Source: Setoptus koraiensis
Taxonomy: Eukaryota; Animalia; Arthropoda
Reading direction: 5' to 3'
NCBI GenBank assembly: GCA_048013815.1
Contig: CM106585.1
Location: forward strand, 11,160,001-11,224,000
Length of the DNA stretch: 64,000 bases
The notes under the pieces are model-generated. The model was given only the letters and a program-made list of their open reading frames with translations, did no database searches and had not been told where the DNA came from. The number at the start of each line of letters is the position of its first letter. Within the stretch, counting starts at the first letter, position 1. This document shows, in pieces, positions 8,252 to 21,429 of this stretch. Both the position numbers and the translations under genes were made by a program.

Positions 8252-11200
8252 GTTTGTTTATTGATTAATTGTATGTCCTATCCAAAAGTTACTTGAAAAA
8301 TGATTTCTCCGAATAGAGAGTCTAAATATTGAGTGAATTGTTAAATTATTGATGTTCCAGGATACAGTTAATGATTTTTTTAAATATAATGTAATAAATG
8401 TGGACAATGCTACAGGCGTTGTTGTGCATTCGACATGATCCATCTGATGCACAGCGGAAACAAGAAAACGTGCATTGAATGCTGCATAATGGTGGATGCT
8501 TGGAGACATCACGCATGCCTGAGCTGATGGCGCCAAACTTGAAATAAAAAAAAAAACTTCTTGCCGGCTTCTGGCGAGTCTCATCATGAGACTCTCATTA
8601 TGAGACTCTCATGTCTTTCCAAGATCACTGTGAATCGTCAAAATTCTAAAAGTTGTTTCGATCTGCTGCCATTCCGTGAATGGTTTCTTTCTCGAACAAC
8701 AGAATCAATTGATATAACCCAGAACTGTGAACTAATTCCATTGATGACAATGATACTCTTTGGCTGATACACAAATCATGACCTACCTGTATATAAAGCA
8801 ATGTGTCCATCATAAACTTGTACATGCACCTGTCACAAAGGGTATACAAGAGCAGACGCTAGTTAGATATGATGGATAGATTTTGGTTTTATGGGAAACT
8901 TTGTATCTTTCTTTCTTTCTTCCTCTCTCTCTCTCTCACTCTATATATATATATATATATAGTGATAGGCAAGTGAGTGAAGTAAGCGTAAGAAAAATGG
9001 AGCAATTTTAAGCTTAGGACACGATTAAATCATTGAAGCATCAGTGCACAGACAAGGCCAAGAATTAAAAGTATACTTCACCTGCAAACTGTTACGTTTG
9101 CCTATATGTAGTAGATGTAGTGTAGTGTTGAATATGTTTACCACTGTATCATCAATAATAAACGATAATCGGGATTAAGTTGATTCGATGCTGAACATTA
9201 TTGAGATAACGCGCTATTAAGTGGGTTAGTCGATCAGAGTAATCAATAATTACAAGTTGTTGTAGCGTATGATGCACATCTACATACTTAGGAGATAGTA
9301 AAATGACCACTGGTTGTCCACTAATGATTAAATAGCAATTTATTCTCAATCGTTTATGATTTCGATGATCACTACATTACATGGTTATTAATTGGCGATG
9401 AGTTTGTATTTCAACATGATCATAGTACAGTTCTATAGAGCAACCTAGTTTGTTGCTGTTTATGTTGGTATGAGACAGAAGAACAAACAAAGTGACAACA
9501 ATAAGCAACTGACTATAATTATCAACTGCTCTAACAATCGTTTGAGTGGCGATCACACATTTTTTTGCATCATTGAATGTAGATGTATATAATAGTTGAA
9601 GTAGCGAAAGAGTTATCTAGTTCATATAATTACCATACATATTGTTGGAGACAATGAACTTGTAATTGCAATGATTTATAAATGTAAGTCAAGTCTTGAC
9701 TGTTTGTTAGTACGAGTTATGTTTGAATCATCTTTAAATTATGTAATTAATACACATGTTATGCAAATGTTTTGCTTTCAATTACAATTGCATGCGATTA
9801 CAAATGGAATAAATATTAAAAGATAAAAGTAAGCCTTCATCTACTTTTTGTTCTTTCTAGACACTTGCTCGGACACACTCCCATTTCGAGTGTTGTTTTG
9901 TCTGGCAAAGATACTAATTTGCTGCTACTATGTTGGCTGGGGCTGGCAAACAAAGACGAAGACTAAGATGAAAAGAGGCCACTATGGATTTCCTTTTTCC
10001 TTTTAACCCAAATCTTCATCGGGAGCCACACGCTCATCGCGCTCATGCCATTCAAGGCGATCATAGGCTCAACATGTGCATGCAACTGGATTGGCCATAC
10101 GATTGGCCGGATCGCAGGATTAGCCCCAGGGACGCTATTAACCGCCGGAGTTTTGCGATAGGGTCTCGGCAGAAGGACGACGACGACGACGACAACAGTA
10201 CCGGCGTTTGCAATAATTATAAGTCACGACTGCTGTTGTTGTCTAAAAATTGAATTATTGATAGCTGGCGCAGCGGCCGACAGAACAAGCGGCCGAGAAC
10301 TTGTTTACCTGTCGAATGTGTGCAAGTTGTATGCAAATTAATCTGCTCGCGCCCATTCCTGTCTTCGTGTGTGCGCGCAATCACCAAGACCATATTTAAA
10401 TTTCAAGCTCGCCAGCATCGGCGGCACCAACGACAGCAGCAACAACAACAGCAGCAACAACGACGACAACAACAGCACCGAGGGTGCATGAGAGGGCGCC
10501 CATTCATTTCGCTCATTATCGGAGTTAGCCTAGTTTTGCCAGGTTTGTTCGTCATCGGATCGCACACTCGCACTGACACTGACCGTGCGCTGTTGTCGAG
10601 AGTCAGATAAATTGTTTCACCCTAGGTCCTCAGGGCGGACATGTGCTCAGCCCTGGACCGTTTGGGCTTGCTCCGGCGTGTTGCCACTATAACAACCTTG
10701 TTGCTGCAATTTATTGCAACCTGTTAACTGAGCACCCTTAAGTATACCAATTTGCATATTGCATGCCGGCCGTGTTGTTGTTGTTCATGACTACAAGCAC
10801 GCTTTGGCGCATTTGCTGCATTTGTTGCGTTTGTTGCGTTTGTTTTCAAGTTCAAGTTTACCGAGCTCAATAGTTATTTATTTTAATTTTATTTATACAT
10901 TGCATTGTACGTTGCTGCACATTGCATAATGTGTATGTTTATCATGGTGATTGTGGGCATTATTTATTATTATTGTTATTACATTTGGTGTGTAACAAGC
11001 TCAAACTGTGCCATAAGTGCACCTGTTGTTACACACTGTTGCTGTCCAACTGTTACTTTTGCAACAGCAACTGTTACGCCGATACTGTTACGCCGATACT
11101 GTTACGACGACGGGCTGTTTAGATCAAATTGAGATCATCATTCCTAATTGGTTTACCACCATTCCGGCCATCAGGTGATTACTGGCGCTGCTGTTGGCGC

Positions 11201-11975
11201 CGTTGTTGCCGCCGTTGATGGATGGGTGCTCGTCATGAGCTTGCCGTTGCTCGTTACGCAACAACGAGATACACTTTTGCTTGTACACACACACACAATC
11301 GCCGTTTTCTCTTTATCAACTGCTCCCATTATGCAGCAGCACAGCAATTATGCGCCTCTCATTAATTAATTATGGCTGCCTGTCTGGCCGTCAGACAGCT
11401 CAGACACGGAGACACGAAAATGAGAGTTTTGGGTGATCCAAATCGGACTACTACGTTGTGTTGCAGCAGCCAGTGGTGGCTGTCATGTTTCATGGGCAGC
11501 CACACAGGTGCTTGGCTCGCAGCGAGTCGCTTGGCGAGTAGATGAAAAATAGCCGACACACAAACGACACAGAAACACACTGCTCTTGCTCCAGATCTCA
11601 TTCTCATCTGATTACTAATGAGCATCGTCTCATTAGTGATGAGCCGTCCACCAATGAGCCGTCAGTCACTGGCCGTGAGTATATGCCAATTAGTCTACAA
11701 TGTAAATTATCTTGTCCGCTTGTTTCGCGTATGTATGCTCGCCATACGAATGAACATTCCAACAACTAACTGACCACGCCACGCTCACCAGATGCAATGA
11801 CGCAACGATGCGCACCAGTGCGGCTCGTGTAACTCTATTTTGCATACAAGTGCGTGTAATTTTACACGCACTTGCATGCATAATAGACTCATTTTTCACT
11901 TGTTGCACGCGCGCACGTAGCGGGGGTCAACGACACTTAATTGAGGGGCCGGTGTGTCTTGCCAGCGCATCGGAC

Positions 11976-12007
<32 letters not shown>

Positions 12008-12982
12008 AATAATAATATTAATAATAATAATGTTAATAATAATAATGAGAGTAACGAGACTGTCATTGTGAGAGTGCCAACAGACACAATTACGGTATGT
12101 GTACGGCAGTGTTGTAATTGGATAATTTGTGACGCATCAACCTGTGGCGCCAATAATTTTAACTGCCAACTGGGTAAGAAGGGTTAGTTGCGGCGCTTGT
12201 GGCTCGGTTCGGCGAGCCAGCAGCAAGGCCGCCGACGACGACAGTGCGAGCGACGGAGCAAAGGCAGAAAGTTTCGGCTGGCGCTCCCACGTTATTAAAA
12301 GGTTTTAGTTTTTTCCCGACCGAAATCGGACCGAAGCTCGAGAAGCCCGACGAGCCCGACGAGCCCGACGAGCCCGACGAGCTCGCGAGGCTTGCAAGGC
12401 TCGAGAGGAAAATGATGAGATAATGTGTTTGCTACATATACATTATGTCATCACATAACTGAACAGTGTGTGCGTGTACGGCAATTTGGCGAGTGTGGCC
12501 ATAATAGATTGGTCACACCGCCAATAAAATGACTAATAAAGTGCCTAGACCGGTCATTAAATTGGCTGGACGACCGGCTGTGTGCTGTGGCAGCAACGTC
12601 GCCGGCGACGACAACAATGGCGCTGCTGTCGTCGCATAACTCTCATTTTGGATTTGCTCATGTCTGTCGCCAATGTTGTTATTATTTTAACTGGGGGCGG
12701 TCAGCTGAAATAATATCAGCGATAATTATAATCAGCGGGCACGGTTGCGTCACGACTGTTGTCAGTCATCACCTGTGACTCACAAGTTGTGAGGCGCATG
12801 GAAGAGGCTCGATGTGGCGCCAAGAGTGTCGCACTGGCAAACTCAGCTGCGCTGGTCAGTTGGATGTGGGCAGCTTCGTTCGGACGGGACGGGACGGGAT
12901 GGGAAATGTTGTCGTCGGTAAACGAAACTAATGACACTTTCGCTTGTTGCCGGCCCGCTGGCTCGCCGCGCAATTTGCCGAT

Positions 12983-13067
12983 GCGTATACATGGACACGG
13001 CGTATACATGGACACGGCGTATACATGGACACGGCGTATACATGGACACGGCGTATACATGGACACG
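12983..13067. repeat. Minisatellite, 17 bp x 5 (GCGTATACATGGACACG)
   Basis: Five perfect copies starting at 12983, 13000, 13017, 13034 and 13051. Confidence 0.95.
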
Positions 13068-13606
13068 GAGTGTACATAAAAGTGGTGATATAAAACTGTG
13101 AATGTTTGTCAATTTTCGCATTGAGCCATAGAGTACATGTGTTGCGCTGCTCACTTGTCATTTGGCCATTTGGCTCGGCTTGCTGCGTCCATGCGTCTAT
13201 GCGTTTATGCGGCTCAAACCTTTTCATTTACCTATCCCTCGTTTAACGGTTGTCAGGTGAGCAGCCGCATCAGGCGGCAGCGGCGAGAGTGAGCTTGTCA
13301 GTTACGACATAACGACCGACAATCTCACTGTTACATCACGGCGATATAAGTGATTATTGTCGCCGAATGGTCAAACGGCCCGGACACTGCATGTGCAAAT
13401 AACTGGACACTGCGAGCGGCGTGAGCAAGCGGCCAGTGGCGGCCAGTGCGAGAGTTATTATTTTTAGTCGCTGTCACTCGCGTCTTGGGCTATTTTTGTT
13501 TATGGTCGCCGATTTATTCGACCGATTTGTGCCCACTTCCTGATTTTGGGCACTTTGGCGGATAATGGCCGCCGCCATCGACAGCTACGTACGGCCGCGA
13601 TAGCAT

Positions 13607-13657
13607 TAGGCCGACAGTTATAATAGGCCGACAGTTATAATAGGCTGACAGTTATAA
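13607..13657. repeat. Minisatellite, 17 bp x 3 (TAGGCCGACAGTTATAA)
   Basis: Three copies with one substitution. Confidence 0.9.
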
Positions 13658-14180
13658 TCGCAATGCAACGGTGTTTGCGATTGAGCTGTCAGTTGTAGCT
13701 GGATTTTATCCGCTCCGTTGGGCCAAATGAAGCGCATAAAATCAGTCGAGTGTCGCCATTGGCGTGCCGCGTTCGGCCCAGTGCGCCGCCAAGCGGAATA
13801 TTGCTTTTGCCTAACGGTTATTATTGGATGGCCGTTATTATTAGCTAGTTATTAGCTAGCTATTGGCTAGTTTGCTTATGATATGTGATTAGTGCCAGCT
13901 ATGCGATTATTGCCCGCGTTGCCAGTATCGCCGGCGTTGCCATTATCGGTGGCATTGTGATTCGCATTATTAGCGCTAATTATGCGATAACGCATGGCAC
14001 AATCTTATCTGGCCGTTGTATCATGCCCGTTGATAACTGGCAGAGATAAGCAGATTAGTGGCTCAACAACAGAGCTGCAAACAACGGGCTGCTGCCGCTC
14101 CACCGAGCCAGCAACCTGTTGCCGCTCAACATTAACAGCCAATTAGCTGCTCGACTGACCAACTGCAGCCAGCGCCGATC

Positions 14181-14330
14181 CCGCGGCCCGAGACTGCGCG
14201 GCCCGAGACTGCGCGGCCCGAGACTGCGCGGCCCGAGACTGTGCGGCCAGAGACTGTGCGGCCAGAGACAGAGAGACAGCGGACAGAGACAGAGAGACAG
14301 CGGACAGAGACAGTGGACAGAGACAGTGGA
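14181..14330. repeat. Compound minisatellite: 15 bp x 6 (GCGCGGCCCGAGACT) grading into GAGACA-rich units
   Basis: Visible tandem units with stepwise sequence drift along the array. Confidence 0.85.
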
Positions 14331-16035
14331 CATGATTCAAAGTGGACATGATTTAAAGGGCGCATTCATCATGCTGTTGCATGATGGCGAAATGAATTGG
14401 CGCTAATTGAAAACTGTCAACTGGCCAGTCGCAACAATTATCGCGCTTATCGCTCGTTCTCAATCAAACAAAACAGTTGTCGGTGTGTTGCGCTGTCCAA
14501 TTGAATGGCTCGCCAATTATGCGCAGCTCACCTGAGTTGTGCTTCTATTTCTATTTCCATTTCTATTGAATTGCATACGCACAACAAGAACTATTCAATT
14601 ACAGCGCTCAAGTGGCCACAAGTTGCCCAGTGTCGTCGTTCGTGCCAGTCTAATTTCATTAAGTCGCTGTTAAATTTAAATTAGTTGCTGCAGCGCTCTC
14701 ACAAGTCAGAATGAGCGACGTTGCGTAATGTTGCACAAATTTGCATTCATGCTCAAATATCAGCAGACATGTCATATCAACAGCCCAATATTGAGCCGCT
14801 CAAGCGAGCAAGTGAGCACGCAAGCGACTCGCACAAGATTTATGCTGCTCGTTGCGTCCGTTACGTAATACATGCTGCGTATGTGATATGCGTTACACAT
14901 TATGTAACTTACATAGGCATAAATGCAAATACGACTGCAATTTGATGCAACAGGCTACAACAACATTGCGTCACATACGGGCGAGCTTTGAGTGCATGAG
15001 TTGAGTTGTGGCGTCTCCAACTGGCGCAAATGAAGTTGCCACAAACGAACACTGGCCCAACTGACTCGATAAAGTCGCTTCCGCGCGCAGCTGTCATAGG
15101 CCGTGCGTTGGCGTGGGTGGCGCCGACAGCCGACAGCCGACAGGCACCGGTCAACGGTCAGCGGGCCGACAGGTAGCGGTCAGCGGGCGAGCAGCAAAGA
15201 ACAATGATGACCTTGATACATGGCAGCGGTGCAAGGTGCAAGCAGCCTATCGAAGGATTGTGTGGCAACAGTGACAATTTGTTAGTCGGCCGGACAAATT
15301 GTCATTTGTTGTCAGTTTGTTGTGCCGTCATCCTCTCTCTCTGTCAACATGCTCACTGCGGATCGGATTGTGATAATAAATAATTTTTTTTTTCTTCCAA
15401 AAACCGTGCCCATCATGCAGCCATGGATCATGGCAGCATATTTTGGGCTTTTCGCTTGATAAAGCGCCAATAAATCCCAAAAACATGCCCAGTGCAAAGA
15501 GCTTTTCGTTCATATTTGTACCGTTATGTTCGCGGCATACATATATTATTATAATTATATGTTCATGTCGGGGTATGTATTGTGTATTATATCCCAACTC
15601 ATATTATTTGTTGGCGGCAAAAGCCCGGAAAGGCGCAAAATACACTATCAAAATGGGCCGAAATCGGCCACCGTGTGCCCTGAAGCTGCTTCGGATGGGC
15701 ACAATGTAGTGATATCCAATGATTTTAGGAGTATCCAATTCCGTCATCTGGCGTCGCCGCTGACAAGCGCTGGCACCACGATGGGCGCAACAAACGGCAG
15801 AATAGAGTCGCCAATCGACTGCGCTGCCGGAAAAGACAAATGTCACACGGACGAACAACGATAAATCATTAACATTTGACGACCAGCCGAGATCATCCGC
15901 ATCCGAGGCCGGTTCGGCCAGTGGCGGCGCGACGGTTTGGCGCTGATAATTGTCGGCGTTGGTCGCTTCCTCAAATTGGTTAGCCAGTTAGCGGATGGCG
16001 TTGGCCCGGCCGGCACCGACTCGCAAGTCGCAAGC

Positions 16036-16089
16036 GAGACGCCGAGACGCCGAGACGCCGAGACGCCGAGACGCCGAGACGCCGAGACG
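16036..16089. repeat. 8-bp tandem repeat (GAGACGCC) x 6-7
   Basis: Direct reading; abuts the AT-rich coding-like island. Confidence 0.95.
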
Positions 16090-16090
16090 A

Positions 16091-16663
16091 ATCACCCTTA
16101 TTAGCGACCCTCCAAGTCAAGATAAATTCGAAAGACCTTACAGAGAGATAGAATTCTTCTACAGAGGGCAAAAACTGAGAGGAATGTTAAATGAAGTTGT
16201 AAGATATGCGAAACAAGATGATGACATGTCCCGAGTATATTCACAAGCAGCTGGACTAATACCTGATACTAATATCAATGATATAACCCTGGTACTAACC
16301 CAACATAGAATTCTCCCTCAATCGACCAGAGTAGGAGATGTATTCAAAGATCCATACAGCACGGTATCTATCATAAAAGATGATGATAGAATACGTTCCT
16401 TCAGTGATAAACGCATAAAGATGACGTTAAACATTATGGAACCAAGACAACTTTGAACAGACAAATAATATGTCATGAACGACCGATTCAATATCTTGCT
16501 CTGTTTCACAGTGAACATAACGGAAGTTGTATCACACATGTATAGCGGCCAGAAAACTGTTCCCATGCTAATAAAACCTGAGAAACTCAAAAAATATTTC
16601 AACATCTTTTTCAGGAGATTGCAACTCGCATTCGAGATCCACAGCAGATTTCTTAATCTTTGA
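16091..16663 (+). pseudogene. AT-rich coding-like island: 121-codon complex reading frame followed, after two in-frame stops, by a 62-aa ORF in the same frame
   Basis: The protein-like, non-repetitive translation (DKFERPYREIEFFYRGQKL...HRILPQSTRVGDVFKDPYSTVSII) contrasts with the GC-rich low-complexity flanks. There is no clear start, and stops fall at 16454 and 16466. Family not recognised. Confidence 0.4.
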
Positions 16664-18846
16664 CTTTACTCAATTTGCTTCAGCATATCTGAAAATTTCG
16701 CACATACTTACGCGTCACAAAGCGAGTGTTCGTGTTGCGATCGAAGCCGCAATCGGTTGCTGCTGCTCGGAACTCGTTTGTCATCAGCAGTATTGGTCAG
16801 ATCAGCAGTATTATCCACTTTCAAATTCAGTCGAGACGCCGAAATCGATTGGCCGCTCGCCGGCTCCGTCTGGCTGTCGCGCTCGCCGTTCGCAACGGAG
16901 CGAAACCGATTGGCCCGTCTGACGTGGTGGAGAGGCCCCGCTGGCTGACGCGAGCTGCCGTAAGAGCTCGCGCGCTGTCGCTGAAGTTTTCGTCAATCCT
17001 CAAAATGGCGACTTGAAAGAGACGCGCAATCACGGTTGGCGTCACACCGACACTCTGTGCGATCAACAGTCAAATTGATTTATCTTGTTCGCTACGTGAT
17101 TTATGCGCATGTCATGTTGTCTTGCCAGGGCCGCTCGTCTGGCCACGGCGGGCTCGTTGCGCGCTTGCGCGCTTTGTCGAAATCGTTGGCGCCCGCTCGC
17201 AAAATTTGTTTGCCGGATAAAATCTTCTCACGCTCGTTGTCGGGGGCGCGTCCAGCGCGATGCGCATCGGAACGGGGCTGAAACACGGCCAAACAGCCTG
17301 TTTGGCAAGGGCTGCCGACTTGGCAAGGGCTGCCAACGAGACACAAATCACTGACAGCTCGCCGCTCGATCGATCTATTGTATCTGGCGGCCGATTGGCG
17401 CACACCAGCACTGACAATTGTGAGCACAGGTACACAACATCGTACGGTCATAATGGCCCGTTTGATGTTGCGCAACAGCAGCCAGTGTCGCTGCCACAAA
17501 ATTGAGTTTCGCAACGAGATTCCCGAGCGGAGAGCGAGCGATCGAACGGGAGAGCGGGAGAGCGGGGGAGAGAGAAAATTGACAAGTGAGTGAGAGATAA
17601 TAATCGATTGATATCGTACAACAATGTTTGCAATGTTGCCAACGTAACAGGTGATTGACTAGCGCCAGTTAGCTGTGACGCAACACCGATGACGCTGATG
17701 GCGCAACAGGTGAATGGGTCACCTTTCGCTCTGTTCGCTCTATGCGCTCTGTTCGCTCGATACGCTCCGTACAGGTGGCAGCGACGCCAGTTACGCGCGC
17801 TTGTCAGTTTGGCCGGCAACAATTAGCCTGCGCATCGGCCACCACGCACCTGTTATACGTTTTTTATTATTATATTTTATACGTTTTGTGTGTTGCGTCA
17901 TGTTGTGTCCATTGCTCACCTTGGCCCGTCTCTTGAGCGGCCCATGCAAGTTGCATCATGCAAGCCAGCACAGGTGACCGATGGGCAGCGTCCGTTGTTT
18001 GGCGTGCCGTTAGACGATCATCATACATCATCATCACTGCTGCAGGATATGTCATGCGCTGTCTCTGTTTTCGTTGTTGTTGTTGCCTTGGTTGTTGTTG
18101 TTGTTGCCTTGGTTGTTGTTGTTGTTGCCGTGGTTGTTTCCGTGGTTGTTGCCGTGGTTGTTGCCGTGGTTGCCGTTGCTGTCGCTGTGGCGCCGGTTGT
18201 AGTAGGCGTAAGAGCACCGGCAACAAACTCTCGTTGCTCAAACTTGCGTTGCGTAACAACGCCAGCGTACACAACAGTGCCACTGTAGTGCTGCCATTGG
18301 ACAGATTGAATAATCTTTATTTAGCCGGAGCTGGCGGCGAGTAATGCGAATCATGATGAGATTGTCGGCAAGTAAGCACAAAAATTAGCAATCAAACCTA
18401 AACAGACAGCTGATATTCAAGTTGTTGTTGTTGTTGTTACATCACACACATGCGAGTGGTAGTGTTGTTGTTGTGGTTGTTTTTGGTGGCACTCGTTGAG
18501 CAGTTTAGAAACAAGTCAACAAACTCAACCAGACCAACTGGCATGACCAGATAGACCTACCAGCAACAACTAACCGGACAACAACTAACTGAACAACAAG
18601 TCAAAAGTCAACAGTCAAGCGATAGAGATAAGCGACAAAAAGATGTCACTTGCGAGCATCGTGGTCATGTGAGCATCAACCATTAAAAATCATCAAACTA
18701 ATTACTCGCAATATCTCAATTGAACACACACTCACACTCACATATATATATTGCATCATCACAATCATTGTTTGCATCTCCTCATCGCTTTAATTTCACC
18801 TGCAATTGACACACAACAGTAATTTACTGGCTGCATTACGTAAGCT

Positions 18847-18848
<2 letters not shown>

Positions 18849-18899
<51 letters not shown>
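18849..18899. repeat. (TG)n microsatellite, about 25 units
   Basis: Direct reading. Confidence 0.98.
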
Positions 18900-18900
<1 letters not shown>

Positions 18901-21429
18901 GGCTTGAATGGTTGAAATTGGTCATATCACACAAACGATATCGCACAACCAGCGACCAGTCACAGCTTACGTAACAGACTCAACATTGCTTGTATATGCG
19001 CAAGCCTGCGACGGCCACAACAGGGCGATAATCGCAAGCCAACTTACATCATTATCGTATTGTTTGTCTGTATTAAGCATACACACTTTATTACGTAATA
19101 CCGTTGACAGTGACTCACCTGTGCGAGTGTGTGTGTGTGTGTGTGCTCACGTGTTGCACCAGGTGAGTGCTGATGCCGATTGTTGCAGTTGCTGTCGTTG
19201 TTGCTGTTGTTGTTGTTGTTGCGGAGACGGCAGACGAGAGACGAGACGCGATTATAACTTGATAACACAACAACGAGTAGCGAGTCTAGATTAGATAAAA
19301 GAGTAAATTTAATATCAATAATAATAATAATAATAGTTATAGTTGTAATAATAACGACAACGATAATAATAAGATTCGCTCGAACGGAGGCAACAACTTT
19401 ATAAATAACAACACAATACCAGTCGACTGATAAGGCCCAAAGTGCAAACATTGGCTGCCGACGGAGACGAGTTTGAGCTTCGACGAGCACGGCAGCTCGC
19501 AAATTGCAAGAATCTCTTTGTTTATTTTTCTCACATTCGCCACACTCGCACTCGCGGCACACGGAACATCTTCTCATCAGCGAGTGATCAAGCGAAATCT
19601 CCGAACAATTCCGACGCAACCACTTGTTAGTTGTGAGTGATATCACGCCCGAGCCGGCAAACAAGCCAGCCAACAAGCCAGCGGATGCGCCAAAGCACCG
19701 AAGCCAAACTAAAGCTAATTTGCGATTATTGGCACGCACTTTTTGTGATTAATGATTTATTTATTTACAACCAATTCACAAATAAATGCAACGAGATCCA
19801 ACGAGCTGATGTTGCGATCAAAACTCGTGCTTGTTGCGCCCAATTAACCGCAGTTTGCAATAAACAACAAATAAATATTTATTCGCGTTAACAACACCGA
19901 AACGCCGAGACACCGAAACGCCGAGACACCGAGACAAAACCGAAAATTAATTGCGATCAAATGAATGCGAGCGGCGTGTCAGATTCGTCATGATATTCAA
20001 ATGTGGTGGCCCGTTGATTGTGTAACTTGCGCCCTCTCAACAACATATCCGAACAACAACTCCCATATCTCAGTATCATCGCGGCGCATATCGTAGTGGC
20101 GCATATCATCACAGTGTGTATCATGAGAGTGTGCATCATGAGAGTGGTCGTCGTCTAGCCAACACAAGCTAACCAACATAAACTAACATAAACTAACACA
20201 AACTAAGGTGAAATAACAGACAGAGACTCAGCAAGTATCATGCGCCGCCTCCCTGAAAAGTGATTGCAAACAATTATGCCCTCCTATCGCCTATCCGGCG
20301 CTCGCCTTGTTCTCATGCAACAAGCCACAGATTGGATATTATCGTCGTCGGACGGATTATTATCACACTGCAATCTGTAATCTGTAATATCTGTTGCAGT
20401 GTTGCAAACAAAACAACCAAAACAAAAATTCTAGCTGCCAGCACAGCGAATAGCAGAATAGGAGAATAGCAGAATAGCAGAATAGCAGAATAGGAGAAAG
20501 CAAACGAAATGTTGGCTCAAATAATCACCATCCGCTATTTATACACATACAACAAACAAGCCACAGCACAGGTGATCAAGCAGCACAGGTGAGCCAGCTC
20601 TGAGTGTGTCTTAAATCAATGAACGCCGCTAAATGATAATTAACAGCATTGCATAACAACACCCAATGGTCGGACACGGGGGAAGGCACACTTACCAAGA
20701 AATAGCTTACCTGTACAGTGTACCTGTGCTTGTGTGTGTGTGTGTGTGTGTATTACATTATTACATTATATTATATTATATCATATATTATATGTTATGT
20801 TTGCCTGCTGAATCATATCACAAACGTGCCAGCGTCGAAAGCGTTACGACACTCAAGCGACAGACAGAGCGACATTAAGAGATAAAGTTGAAATTTTAGA
20901 TATAAAAACCGTTATCCAGCAATCGTTGCATCTCATTCGCAACCATCAAGCCACTGGCATCGTCCATTCGCCCTTATACCCGATATTGACATTACTACAT
21001 CTGTTCTATATCTCACAATATCATCATCACAATACCATCAATTATTTTAATAATTGATTGAATTCCATTAAAACAGCAGTCGTTATTAATTGCAATACTA
21101 CAATAATGTATTCAAGTGTCGCAACCAGCTCGCACACAACAGCATCTCACAACAGCAGCAGCAGCAGACACAACGCAAATGTCAAACGCAACAGTAATAA
21201 CAATCTGATCTGTCGCCCCCAATTATGTAATCGTCAATCGTTATTGTTTTATTGGCCAGTGGACAGTGTAGACAGTGAATCAGTGAAATCAAAATCATCG
21301 TCGCTATGCAAATGCTACACGAACCCAATGTCACCAATCGACAGGCCTCCTCTGACACTGATTGACAGCAGCAGCAGCACCATTGATGATATCAGAGAAG
21401 CAACAACTCTGGCGAGACATCATCACACA

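Noticed and set aside
8258-8849. Short ORFs and a GAGTCTCA-TCA-TGAGACTC palindrome (about 8577-8595) upstream of RPL27
   Set aside because: The ORFs lack protein-like features. The palindrome is short and part of a small local tandem duplication.
9960-10200. Complex-looking open frames at the start of the GC-rich domain
   Set aside because: No start or phase-compatible acceptor without an in-frame stop, and no recognisable homology.
12983-13067. Regular repeats (also 33723, 43813, 52968) considered as CRISPR-like arrays
   Set aside because: Units are contiguous with no unique spacers, there are no cas genes and the context is eukaryotic; these are ordinary minisatellites.
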